The position numbers and the translations under genes were made by a program. A stretch of DNA of 64,000 nt from Eledone cirrhosa (Eukaryota): contig OZ024748.1 of NCBI GenBank assembly GCA_964016885.1, forward strand, positions 38,998,001 through 39,062,000. Reading direction: 5' to 3'. Of this stretch, positions 52,430-64,000 are shown in pieces. Every line of letters begins with the position of its first letter. Position 1 is the first letter of the stretch. Below the pieces are notes generated by a model. The model saw only the letters and a list, made by a program, of their open reading frames with translations. It was not told where the DNA came from and searched no databases.

Positions 52430-52543
52430 GTTTACATATACATAAAGTTATAGATATGGTCGAATTGATTTTTTATATGGTTAATTATGCTAATTAGGAG
52501 AGGAAATAGTATATATTTTATCTAATAATTTTAAGGACATGAT

Positions 52544-52686
<143 letters not shown>

Positions 52687-52712
52687 AAATATATATATAT
52701 ACATATATATAC

Positions 52713-52784
<72 letters not shown>

Positions 52785-52877
52785 TCAGGAGATTCCTGAT
52801 GATTTCTAAAGAATGAAACAGTTCTAGTCCTGTAGAATCTCATCTATATTAAAACTATGTATATATATATATATATA

Positions 52878-53140
52878 TATATATAAAACTGATGTTGTCT
52901 GTGTGTCCTCATTTTTGCAAAGTCTATACAAATCCACATTTCTACTCCGATTGACTTCAAACTTGCATTTATATATTCCTTGCGGTCTAAAGATATTAAC
53001 TGCAGCTTTTTTTTTTAATCTTCTGTTGTTAAAGGGTGTTAGTCGCCGGTTATCTATCTCCGCCGCGCTCTTATAATATCTGTCTGTATGCCTGTCTGTC
53101 TGCATAACGTCATTCTGACGTATTAACTTCGCTACAGTCA
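52878..53140 (+). mobile_element. Helitron-like 5' fragment related to 30880-31195
   Basis: TATATAAAACTGATGTTGTCTGTGTGTC and ATAATATCTGTCTGTATGCCTG match the reverse complement of that family. Confidence 0.5.
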
Positions 53141-53178
53141 CACACAGACAGACACACACGCGCGCGCGCGCGCACACA

Positions 53179-53225
<47 letters not shown>

Positions 53226-53287
53226 CACATATACACATATATAGATATACACATATTCAGTTATAAATATACACATAAAAATATATG

Positions 53288-53356
<69 letters not shown>

Positions 53357-53360
<4 letters not shown>

Positions 53361-53965
53361 GGTGGCTGCCAACTCGTTTTCGAGTACGGCCACTATTTTA
53401 TATCCATGTAGGAGAACCCCTACCGATGGGCTGAACGAGTGTGACTTTTTAGTCCAGCCAGCGACTTCAAAACTCTGGTACAAACACTACAATTGTGACA
53501 ATTATTGACACATAGTACTGGGCCCATGGTACCATGTGACGACAAGTGCAGAGAGATCTCCAGATATAAAGCAATGCCTGTGCCGTGAAGCTTTTATAGT
53601 GAGCAAAGGCACTGCACGAAGCCAGTCCCACTCTCTTAACCAAGATGATATTTACCAAAAAGAAAAACAAGTCAACATCATTGGATACCATCAGGGTTGC
53701 AGGTGTTATATCAGAGTTTTCCTTCTCCTAGAATTCTGCCTTGACAAAGGCTAAGGGGTCATCTCTCCCGGTGATTTTGGATGGCCATTGACTCTTAAGA
53801 GCCCCTTTGCCCTTTGACAGGTTTTGTTTTTAGTCCTGCAGGATGTCCAAAGTCACCCTCCTCACCAAGAAACCTTGGTGGGGTTGCCAGTTTACTCGCC
53901 AACGACCCGACCATGAGACAGGTTGTACTGGGATACGTTACAGTAGCACCAACTGGTGACCTGAC
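53357..53965 (-). mobile_element. Possible RTE-type 5' UTR-derived element
   Basis: Minus strand CTAGGAGAAGGAAAACTCTGA motif, recalled from RTE-like 5' UTRs; flanked by microsatellites; no ORF support. Confidence 0.35.
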
Positions 53966-54067
53966 ATATACATACATACATACATACATACATACATACA
54001 TACATCATACATACATACATACATACATACATACACATACATACACACACATATATATATATATATG

Positions 54068-54114
<47 letters not shown>

Positions 54115-54245
54115 GTGTAGAGGTTATAATTAATTTGTTGAGATACAACAAGCAAAATATTTTTATAACTGATATAAAGCACTCAACAAATGGTTTCATT
54201 TTTTAAGGGTATGTCAATATTTATTTATAAAACTAACCTATATTA

Positions 54246-54311
54246 TATTTTATTTGATGAAAGCGCACCATAGTTTACCTTGGCGGCCCTTGAAATTTGT
54301 ATAATGAAATA
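54246..54311 (+). ncRNA. Family 3 hammerhead, decayed (C3 to U)
   Basis: TATTTTAT-TTGATGA-AAGCGCACCA..TGGCGGCCCTT-GAAA-tttgtaTA-ATGAAATA. Confidence 0.55.
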
Positions 54312-54381
54312 AATATGGTTTTATAAATATAGTTTCCATTTGTTAATATATTGTATATATATATATACATATATATGTATC

Positions 54382-54561
<180 letters not shown>

Positions 54562-54814
54562 CACTGTAGGTCGCTTTAACCCGTCTTTTATTATTCAAAA
54601 AACTTCTTGCCAATAAACATTAACCCTTTGTGCGCCGTTCATCTAACCGTAGACTAACAAATACCGTTGACAAGAACGATGGCAAATGAATCTTCGAGGT
54701 AAGCAGTTTCCTCCCGAGCTGTTAGTTCACGCGGGATTCTCTGCTACATCTTTTCGTAATAATACCGAACAACGTACTGATGGTCACTCCTTCCTCCAAA
54801 AGCCGTACAAAGCA

Positions 54815-54894
<80 letters not shown>

Positions 54895-55289
54895 CCTCTC
54901 TTTATATATATATATGTTATAAGAACAGATTAAAGTTTAAGCAAAGAATCGCTGCTTTCAACATTAACGGGATCTTCTGAAACTAAAATATTTAATCTGT
55001 GAACGCAGAAGTAAATATTTCGAGAAACGTTGCAACCGAAGGAAAAAAGGAAGACGATATTTTGGTTCGTGAAGACGTTCCCTGGCAATGAACGGAAACA
55101 ATGCGATGATAATACGTCGTTATGTGGACCGGGAAGAACAATTTCATGCAAAGACAAGACCAAGTTTATGGTATAAATGGAGTCGTTAGACTAATATTCT
55201 ATTTAACATAACAGAATGATTTCCAGCCCCGGAGTTTAAGAATGATGTAAATAAAATTGAAAACGAAAATGACAGAGGTTATTAAAATA

Positions 55290-55789
55290 GTAAAAGTAAA
55301 TAGTGAAGATTTAGGCCCGACGGACATACACATACATACGCACACACAACTACATACACACCCACCCACATACACGCACACACACACAAACGCACACACG
55401 CAGGCACGCACGCACGCGCGCGCGCGTATGTATAAACCTTATGCATTTCTACAGTATTTTCACCAAACTTAAGACACAGGTTACTTATGTACTCCGGATG
55501 GTCATGGACACTTTCATTTTTCCAGATATTGAACAGAACGTCATAACTTCTGGAGTTCGCAACCGATTTTCACAAAACTTGACACATAGGCTACGTTTGT
55601 CCTAAATATGCATGTGAACTCTCAGAATTGGCACATGTTGTGTAGGGGACCCCTGGGGCAGGAACCCCCTTTTGGAAAAAGCCGATGATTTTGTAAAAGT
55701 ATAGTTTTCGAAACAGCACTGAAGTATTGACATAAATGATATACACAACTACTATTTAATACCCGAGCAACGCCGGGTACCTCTGCTAG
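55290..55789 (+). mobile_element. Helitron-like element with canonical 3' end (5' boundary uncertain)
   Basis: Hairpin CCCGAGCAACGCCGGG 55762-55777, then CTAG 55786-55789 followed by T. Confidence 0.6.
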
Positions 55790-55813
55790 TGTATATATAT
55801 ATATATATATATA

Positions 55814-55956
55814 TATTTATTAAAATAACAGATTAAAGTTTAAGCAAAGAATCGCTGCTTTCACCCTTAACGGGATCTTCAGAGTTTCAGAAGATCCCGT
55901 TAAGGGTGAAAGCAGCGATTCTTTGCTTAAACTTTAATCTGTTATTTTAATAAATA
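55814..55956. repeat. Palindrome with ~65-bp arms made from Helitron-like sequence
   Basis: Arms perfect around AGAGTTTCA; arm sequence also at ~31352-31420 and ~54922-54982. Confidence 0.9.
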
Positions 55957-56039
55957 TTTGCTCTACGGTTCTTATATATTTGATATATATTTTCCTTATC
56001 GAGCCCTCTTTGGATTTTAGTTTTCAATGTTATTATTAT

Positions 56040-56078
<39 letters not shown>

Positions 56079-56208
56079 GAGGTTATATTTAATTTGTTGG
56101 GATTCAACAAGCTTAAACATTTTATAACTGATATAAAGCGCTCAACAGGTTAGTGGAGTAAATATTCAATATATTAATAAATGGAAACTATATTTATAAA
56201 ACCATATT

Positions 56209-56274
56209 TATTTTATTATACATATTTCAAGGGCAACCAAGGCAAATTAAGGTGCGCTTTCATCACATAAAATA
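56209..56274 (-). ncRNA. Family 3 hammerhead, decayed (C3 to G)
   Basis: TATTTTAT-GTGATGA-AAGCGCACC..GGTTGCCCTT-GAAA-tatgtaTA-ATAAAATA. Confidence 0.55.
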
Positions 56275-57121
56275 CAGATTTGTTTTATAAATAAATATTG
56301 ACATACCCGGAAAAAAGACAACCTTAACGGTTGAAGTTCCCTGGATAGTGGAGATAATATTTTATTGAGGGTGATACAAAGTTATGAGTGAGTATGCAAA
56401 TGAGTGTCAGAAAAATTGAAAAAACAGCGGTTTATTTAAATTAAACTGTTGGAAGAGAGGAGATGTAAAAGGGAGAGAGAAAAAATATTGAGAGGGAGAG
56501 AGAAAAAATATTGAAAGGGAGAGAGAAGAAAAGAGAAAGAGAAAGAGAAAGATAGAAGAAGAAGGAAAGACAAGATTATGCATAGTGATAGTGAAGAGAA
56601 GCGAAGCGAACGAAGAAATAAGTTTTACATGGATGAATAATCAGAACGTTCATTATGCTATGTTTATAGTATTTATAATGGTAAGTTAAAAAATTAAATT
56701 AAGGATAAAAAATTGTTAAGATTTAAAAATATTGTTAGAATTTAATTAAAAATTTAATTAAAATTTAATTAAAATAAGATATATTACAAAAAGAAGTATT
56801 TAAAATATATTAAGATGTATTAATAATATATGGGTTTAGATGGGTATGTTATGTTATAGATTATAAATTATTTAAATGTATAGTATTTTACATTGGAAAC
56901 AATCTAGTATAGTTTATTTAATTAAAGTAAGTTTGGGAAAATTATATTTAGCCAGAATTTATTAATAGTTGTAAGTCAAATCTTAAACATCCAAATAATT
57001 CCAAAAATTACGAAAGTTTACAAGAGTTTACAAAGGAATAAGTACTTAATTAGAAGTATATATTAGACCCTTTAAAATTTCAGACTATAAATTAAGACTA
57101 TAAAAATTGAGATTATAAAAA

Positions 57122-57910
57122 CAATAAGGAAGTTTAAAGGAAGTTAAAAGGGATTTTTTTTTAAAATTCAAATGAGTCCAAGGATAGATAAAAAAATCTC
57201 TTTAAAAAGTTATAAGAAGTTATAAAAAGTTATAAAAAGTTATAAAAATTCATCTTAAAATATAAAAATATATAAAATGTAATATATGGTCAATCTTCCT
57301 TACATAACGTTTTCTATATCCAAACACCTATAATCTCATCCCTCAGATTATATCTATATATGATTCAAGAATTTAATATAATTCTAACCTTAATAACTTC
57401 CTAAATATATAAAATACACTTATTAAATTTTAATTTACTCCTTAAAACCTTTACTTTCTAATATTTCTACTTCATAAATATACTTTGTATTATTACACTT
57501 ATCAATCCTACCTCCAAAAAATATATCATAACCTTTTTATATGACTACTTGGAATTCTTTTAAGAAAAGTTTTTGAAAATTCTAAAAATTTCGTTTGAAA
57601 GACTTTCTGAAAATTTTTGAAAAACTTTTGGTAAAATTTTTGAAAGATACGGAAAAACCATTATCTTCCAATATTTTAAACATTTTTAATATTTATGCAT
57701 ATTTTCATATATATCCAAATATTTATATTATTTATGTATATGTGGAATAATGTATGTGTTATGTTTTAATTATATTTTAATATGAATTTTTATAACTTTT
57801 TATAACTTTTTATAACTTCTTATAACTTTTTAAAGAGATTTTTATCTATCCTTGGAGTCATTTGAGTTTTTTAAAAAATCCCTTTTAACTTCCTTTAAAC
57901 TTCCTTATTG
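57122..57910. repeat. ~130-bp inverted repeat pair (57122-57253 / 57782-57910) in a very AT-rich tract
   Basis: CAATAAGGAAGTTTAAAGGAAG... / ...CTTCCTTTAAACTTCCTTATTG. Confidence 0.85.
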
Positions 57911-57967
57911 AAATATATATAATACAATAATTATGGTTTTATAAATATAGTTTCCATTTATTAATAT

Positions 57968-58014
<47 letters not shown>

Positions 58015-58185
58015 ATACACACATTTATATATATATAAACACCTCGTGGATAGAACAACCCTCAACACCAGGAACACGTTTTGTAGGTGTTCCTGTCTTC
58101 CCTCTGTTTATCTTCCTCAACCTACAGCATATATACATATATGTGTATGTGTGTGTGTGTATATATATAGAGAGATAGATAGATA

Positions 58186-60159
58186 TCTTTATTTGCCACA
58201 AGGGCGTACAAAAATGGGACATTACAAGACTTGACGGCGGGGGTTTTACATAAAATGTTTAACAATGATAAATAACAATAAACTATATAAAAATAAAACA
58301 ATTGAAAACCCCATTAGGGGGGGGGGGACGCTACTGCGGGGTTGTTTTACACCCCGTGTATAGAACAACCCTCAACACCAGAAACACATTTTGTAGGTGT
58401 TCCTGTCTTCCCTCTGTTTATCTTCCTCAACCTTCAGGTTTATATACAGAGAAGGCGCATTTACTCGGGCCATTTTCGCCACATTCACCGACCTTTCAGC
58501 AAATTTACTGGGGTGTAGCACCTCTCTCTCCACTCTCACCTACCTTCTGAAGTGGTACTTAAAGAAGGGGATGAGTTGTTGTCCGGAGAGAAAGGTGCTT
58601 GCTCTCAGTCCTTTAACCTCGTCCACCATATTACCTCTTTCGCCATAGCCACCAGACAGGGGAAAACCGCTTCTCCTTCATTCTTAAATGAAGGCGGCGG
58701 AGTGATCCTCGCGATAGACTCGGCTGACAACTGGAAGCGTCCTACACGTGACAGTAGCTGTTCGACATAATTCCACAGGCCGGTCACCCCTGGGCACTGA
58801 ACAACTGCGTGCTGAACGGTTTCGATGTCCTGCTCGCATCTTGGACAGGTCCTTTTGGCAGGATCTCTGCCAGGGCGTCCGTGCCTGTAGATTTTGTCTT
58901 GAAATGGTAGAGCTCCTCGGTAGCACTGCCAGGCCAGAGACCTCTGGAAGTTATCCATAGGCCCTGGACGGAAAGTCCTCCCGAACAGACTGGTCAGTTC
59001 GTGCTCCTCGATGCCTAGAGTTTCCCCGAGAACGTCGTCGCACTTATCCTCCACTAATCCTCTATAGAATGCCGAAGTGGAGTGTCCGCTGATTGCCGTT
59101 TCCGCTTGGTAGAGGGATGTGAGCGCCTGAAGGCACTCGAGATGCCAGGCGCCCATTTTCGGTCTTCGCTTGACCCAGGACTGCAGCTCTGTTAGTGAGA
59201 CGAATTGTGGAAGAGCTCGTCTCACAAACGACAGCCACACCGGTTCGCCGGTCAGGAATACCTGGAGATGGCGTAGCCTCAGCGCGTGTTTGCGCATCAT
59301 CAGCCACGGCATGCCCAGCCCTCCGTTAGAAGGGTGTTGACAGCAGATGGATCTCCTCACCAATGGAGTCTGTTTTTTCCAGAGGAACTTGAAGAGTAGG
59401 CGTTCCATTTTGGTGAAGTATTCGCGGGGGCAAGGCACGACTCTCAAGCGGTAGTAGATGACGGACGCTATGTAAGTGTTCGCCACCTCCGCTCGACCTT
59501 TCAAAGAGAATTTGCTCTCAGCCCACTTCTGGGTGAGTGCAAACACCGTGACCTTGTTCCAGTTCTTGTCCACCTGGAGGTCTGGACCTAACCAGACCCC
59601 GAGCAATTTCACCGGTCCTTCCGTCCAGCGTCCAACGACACTGTCGGAAGGCATGGGTTTACTTTTCCAAGTGCCGAGTTGAAAACCGACAGACTTGTTT
59701 GGGTTTAGTCGTGCTCCTGTCAACGTTTCGTATTCCTGTAATAGGTTGCTGATTACCCCGATTTCCGAGGTTTTCAACACCATTACGGTTATGTCATCGG
59801 CATAGGCCGATGCTGCTTTCCGCAGTCCTAGTTCGCTCGGGATGCCCTGCAACAGTCCCAGCTTCCGCAGTAACGGTTCGAGAGTCAGTACGTACAGAAT
59901 GGAGGAGAGAAGGCATCCCTGACGGATGGAACGAATGATTTGGAATGGCTCTGATAGGTAGCCATTCACCTTGACTGCCGAGCAGATGCTGGTGTGCATA
60001 GCAGCGATTCAGCCTCTGAAGACGGGACCGAAGCCGGTCGCCTTGAGAACTGCTTCCAAGTATTGATGGTCGACCCTATCAAATGCCTTAGACTGATCTA
60101 AATTGATCAGAGCCCCACCGAAGCCAGGTTTACACTCTACCCTCTCGCATGAGGTGGAG
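58186..60159 (-). mobile_element. 5'-truncated Tx1 (copy F); extra 3' UTR piece at ~58039-58128
   Basis: DQSKAFDRVDH, RQGCLLS, AYADDIT, CPRC..ETVQH; AATAAA then (TATC)n; TATC-like at the 5' junction. Confidence 0.9.
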
Positions 60160-60244
60160 ATAGGTAGATATTTAGACAGAAAGATAGATACATATATAGA
60201 TAGAAACATACACACACACATATATATATACACATACACACTCT

Positions 60245-60336
<92 letters not shown>

Positions 60337-60547
60337 AAATACTAGAAGTTTCTCTATTGATACATCATTGAAACTTATATAATCGAACAGATGTTTATGG
60401 AGCTTCTATACTGAGAGACATTATTGATAGATATTCTGTACTGACTGAACCTAAAATTAGTCTAGTAATTCACTAGTCATTCACCAAATCGCATACCTAT
60501 CTATATACATGCATATAGTTATATATAGTTATATATATATGTTTATC

Positions 60548-60616
<69 letters not shown>

Positions 60617-61468
60617 ATACCACCACTATCACTACTACCACCACCACCATCGCCACCACCAATAATTATATTTTACGCTAATTAACATCTTCAATTTACT
60701 GTCCAAACAATTAACCCAACAAGAAGTCTTACAAAAATGTCCTGTCTGTGCGTGTATGTGTATGTGTGTATGTGTATGTGTATGTGTGAATGTGTGTGTG
60801 TGGTTTACAGTTGCATATTTGTATTTTCATATGCCCTCGAGGGCAGCTTACTGATTCCCCCAATCTACCCGCACCTTCTCTACCCCCTCCACAATCTACC
60901 CTCACCACCACAACCACCAGCACCACCACTACTCAACGAGGGTCACCCAGTACACCTCATTGTACTTAATTTCACACGGTTATCTCAAAGTTTGCTGAAG
61001 TCATTACGTCATATTGCAGGCGAGACTTGATGGTGAGACTTCAGTTCAATTCAAGTACAAGCGAGATTTGACTACTAACCTCCCATCACGTGGTGGACGA
61101 CAGAACCCAACGGTTAGGGTGTTGGACGTAAGTATTATATGGAAGCTGGAGCTGCAATGGGAGGTGGAGATAGGTAGATATTGAGGCAGTCCCAAAGCAT
61201 TCAATGAGTTGAGATATAAATAAATTCCTCTGTCAGAGTAAACGCATTAAGTTATATAAAGGATACATAATGAATAATAATATATCAACCAGGTTTCTGG
61301 TGCCACTTGATTAGTGCATCACGAGTTGCAGTGTGCATATGCAAGTCGTGAGGGCATCTAGCAATTGGCACGCATGAGAACTGAGGAACTTTCATCAGCA
61401 GGCATTCGCTCGATATATCCCACTTCGATCTTGCCACTAAGAGTCTTCGATCACAAGAACAAGAATAC

Positions 61469-61524
<56 letters not shown>

Positions 61525-61934
61525 CAGCCACAGAAGGTCAGTTGACAAAAGATCTGGCGGCGAAATCATGGAGTGACTAGAACTAAATTCTCAACTAATT
61601 TTCATTTTTTTTAAATCAGCTAATAATTTAATCAATCAATTACTTTAAAACTATGTATATATATATATAGTAAGGTGTATTATTGGTTGTGTAAAACAGT
61701 CCAATAAATTTATGTTAGCAATATTAAGTTCTCCACGCTTTTGTATATCTCCAATTCCATTCAAGGGAACAGCTAGATGATGTAAAACGGAGTATAAGTA
61801 TCAAAATGAAAATCTGAAGGCAAGGTAAAATCCCAATCATTTTAATCACGACACATGTTTCAATAAGAGGAGGGAATAAACTCTGCGAGTGAACATTGCT
61901 AATTTCTCCCTCATATCAAGAATTTTAAGATAAT

Positions 61935-62023
61935 TCATTTTCACCTGATGAGATCAGTGATAATTGATCAATGCTTTACGATCGATCTATCTCTTATTGA
62001 AAGATGTGTCGTGATTAAAATGA
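61935..62023 (+). ncRNA. Candidate type I hammerhead with enlarged domain II
   Basis: TCATTTTCAC-CTGATGA-(47 nt)-GAAA-gatgt GTC-GTGAttAAAATGA; the inverted copy 61799-61869 retains GAAAC atgt GTC. Confidence 0.55.
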
Positions 62024-62487
62024 TTGGAATTTTACCTTGCCTTCAGATTTTCATTTTGATATATATACACATATATATATATATATATATATATACGCGT
62101 GTGTTCATTAAGTTTCTTGAGAGCAGGTGGTGTGCTCTAACCAAGGGCTCCTAGTTGCATTAACCCAACATTCTACTTAAGATGATATGTGTGTGGAGGG
62201 TTAACTCTAGTAGTAACAATAGGCAACTATTTCATGGTTGACTTCTACGAGATGTAGAGAAACGATTGGTGAGGTCAACAGAAGGTCAACAAATAACATA
62301 CGGTGGCTGATCTCTATAGTATCATGTAGAGAAGCAAGGTGTGTGAAGGGTCAATAGTAGATAAAGGTCAACAAATAACATACGACGGTTGACCTCTACA
62401 GTATCAGGTTTAAATAATTTATTTGTTCTGACATACAATCACCTTACCTTCCTTCTTTTATTATGATCGTCTCACATAGCATAGGGG

Positions 62488-62647
<160 letters not shown>

Positions 62648-62679
62648 CATATATATATATAAATATATATATATGTATA

Positions 62680-63386
62680 CCTAAATACATATATGTATAC
62701 ACAGACGTACAGTAGTATGTATATATATACATACATGCACATATATATATATATGCACGTATCGGTTTACCGAACATTTATTATAATGCTTGGTTTGTTT
62801 GTTTGTCATGTATATATATATATACATACTACTGTACGTCTGTATACATATATGTATGTACGTATACATACATACATACTTACATTTAAGTAATGCCGTA
62901 CTAAGAGTGAGAAATGAAATTTCGTTTCATTCTATTCCATTTATGGTTTTCGGTGTGCCCGGCCGACTGAACTCACTCGATATGCAAATTAGGCTGCTCA
63001 GCCGTTAATATGCATAAGGAAAGTATATACTTTCAGACGTTCAACCATCTGGCAGGAAGGTATACGATGCTGACGATAGCTAATAAGCTTGAAACTAGTA
63101 CATCGTTCCTGTGTCAGTGGTGAACAAAAAGGTGACGTGATTGCCTAAACACTGTACGGCGTAATTCGGGCTGTTTGTTTGTTTACAAACAAACAAACCG
63201 AGCATTATAATAAATGTTCGGTAAACCGATACGTGCATATATATATATGTGTGCATGTATGTATATATATATATACATACTACTGTACGTCCGTATACAT
63301 ATATGTATGTACGTATACATACATGCATACTTACATTTAAGTAAGTGCCGTACTAAGAGTGAAACTGAAATTTCGTTTCATTCTAT

Positions 63387-63390
<4 letters not shown>
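62680..63390 (+). mobile_element. Retrozyme family 2 copy with inverted 5' segment
   Basis: 62680-62806 is the reverse complement of ~63175-63310; ~1.2 units follow; ends in (TA)n. Confidence 0.82.
63064..63106 (+). ncRNA. Type I hammerhead, family 2
   Basis: ACGATG-CTGACGA-tAGCTaataAGCTt-GAAA-C ta GTA-CATCGT; stem I extends via CTGGCAGGAA/TTCCTGTGTCAG. Confidence 0.8.
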
Positions 63391-63449
<59 letters not shown>

Positions 63450-63451
<2 letters not shown>

Positions 63452-63645
63452 TAGGAACGAGTAGGACCCCGACGGCTGAGCTCAAGCTGTTTCGACGGCT
63501 AATTCTGGACCAGAATTTGCCGTCAAAACGGCTTGAGCTCAGCCGTCGGGGTCCTACTCGTTCCTATTACCCACTCTACTACCCTAAGTATTGAGTACTT
63601 TGGTGCGTTATGGTCCATCTGGTTCCTTACCACATTTCCTTCGTT
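63450..63645. repeat. Second copy of the 49010-49206 fold-back element, opposite orientation
   Basis: Same arms (TAGGAACGAGTAGGACCCCGACGGCTGAGCTC) and same turn point. Confidence 0.9.
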
Positions 63646-63730
63646 ATATATATATATATATATATATACATACATACATACATACATACATACATACATA
63701 CATACATACATACATACATACATACATACA

Positions 63731-63761
<31 letters not shown>

Positions 63762-64000
63762 GTGTGTGTCGGTATTTGTGTATCTGTCTGTGTTTGTGTG
63801 TAAATCCCATAAACATGCAGTGCATTCAACTTAAATACATCAGCCTTTTCTTTCTTTCTTTTTCTTTCTTTCCTTTCTTTCTTCCCTCCTTTATTTCCTC
63901 ATTACAATCTTTAATGACCATAAAATATGTTGTCAACTGCCATTACTTAACTTACACTCCAAATGATTCACCCTTTTCATCATTCTACATTATCTACATC

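Noticed and set aside
53860-53965. HDV-like ribozyme at the 5' end of the RTE-like piece
   Set aside because: Could not assign P1-P4 and the nested pseudoknot by eye; needs a descriptor search
60151-61182. 22-nt direct repeat GAGGTGGAGATAGGTAGATATT as a target-site duplication
   Set aside because: The first copy is explained by Tx1 sequence joined to a TATC-like tract; the enclosed 1 kb shows no element features
61370-61410. Minus-strand CTGATGA as hammerhead
   Set aside because: No properly placed GAAA or closing stems

Overview
Repeat-dense eukaryotic DNA with no recognisable host gene. An invertebrate, probably cephalopod-like, origin is inferred from the SINE type, (TTAGGG)n and microsatellite load. 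The main feature is a 10.6-kb head-to-head inverted array of about 23 near-identical 467-bp units (1293-11932). Each unit carries a minimal type I hammerhead ribozyme (HHR) just downstream of an octamer plus TATA-like module, i.e. a non-LTR retrozyme. A second related ~500-bp retrozyme family, several other HHR-bearing small elements and two Penelope-like (GIY-YIG) fragments also occur. Most of them show the same 5'-inverted fold-back geometry next to (TA)n, suggesting a PLE-mobilised ribozyme/circRNA system. The window also holds microsatellite-associated Tx1-clade LINEs ((ATT)n and (TATC)n types), an R4/Dong-like RLE element in (AAT)n, non-autonomous Helitron-like elements, a tRNA-derived SINE, MITE-like fold-backs and long simple repeats. 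All ribozyme and pairing calls were read by eye, not computed.
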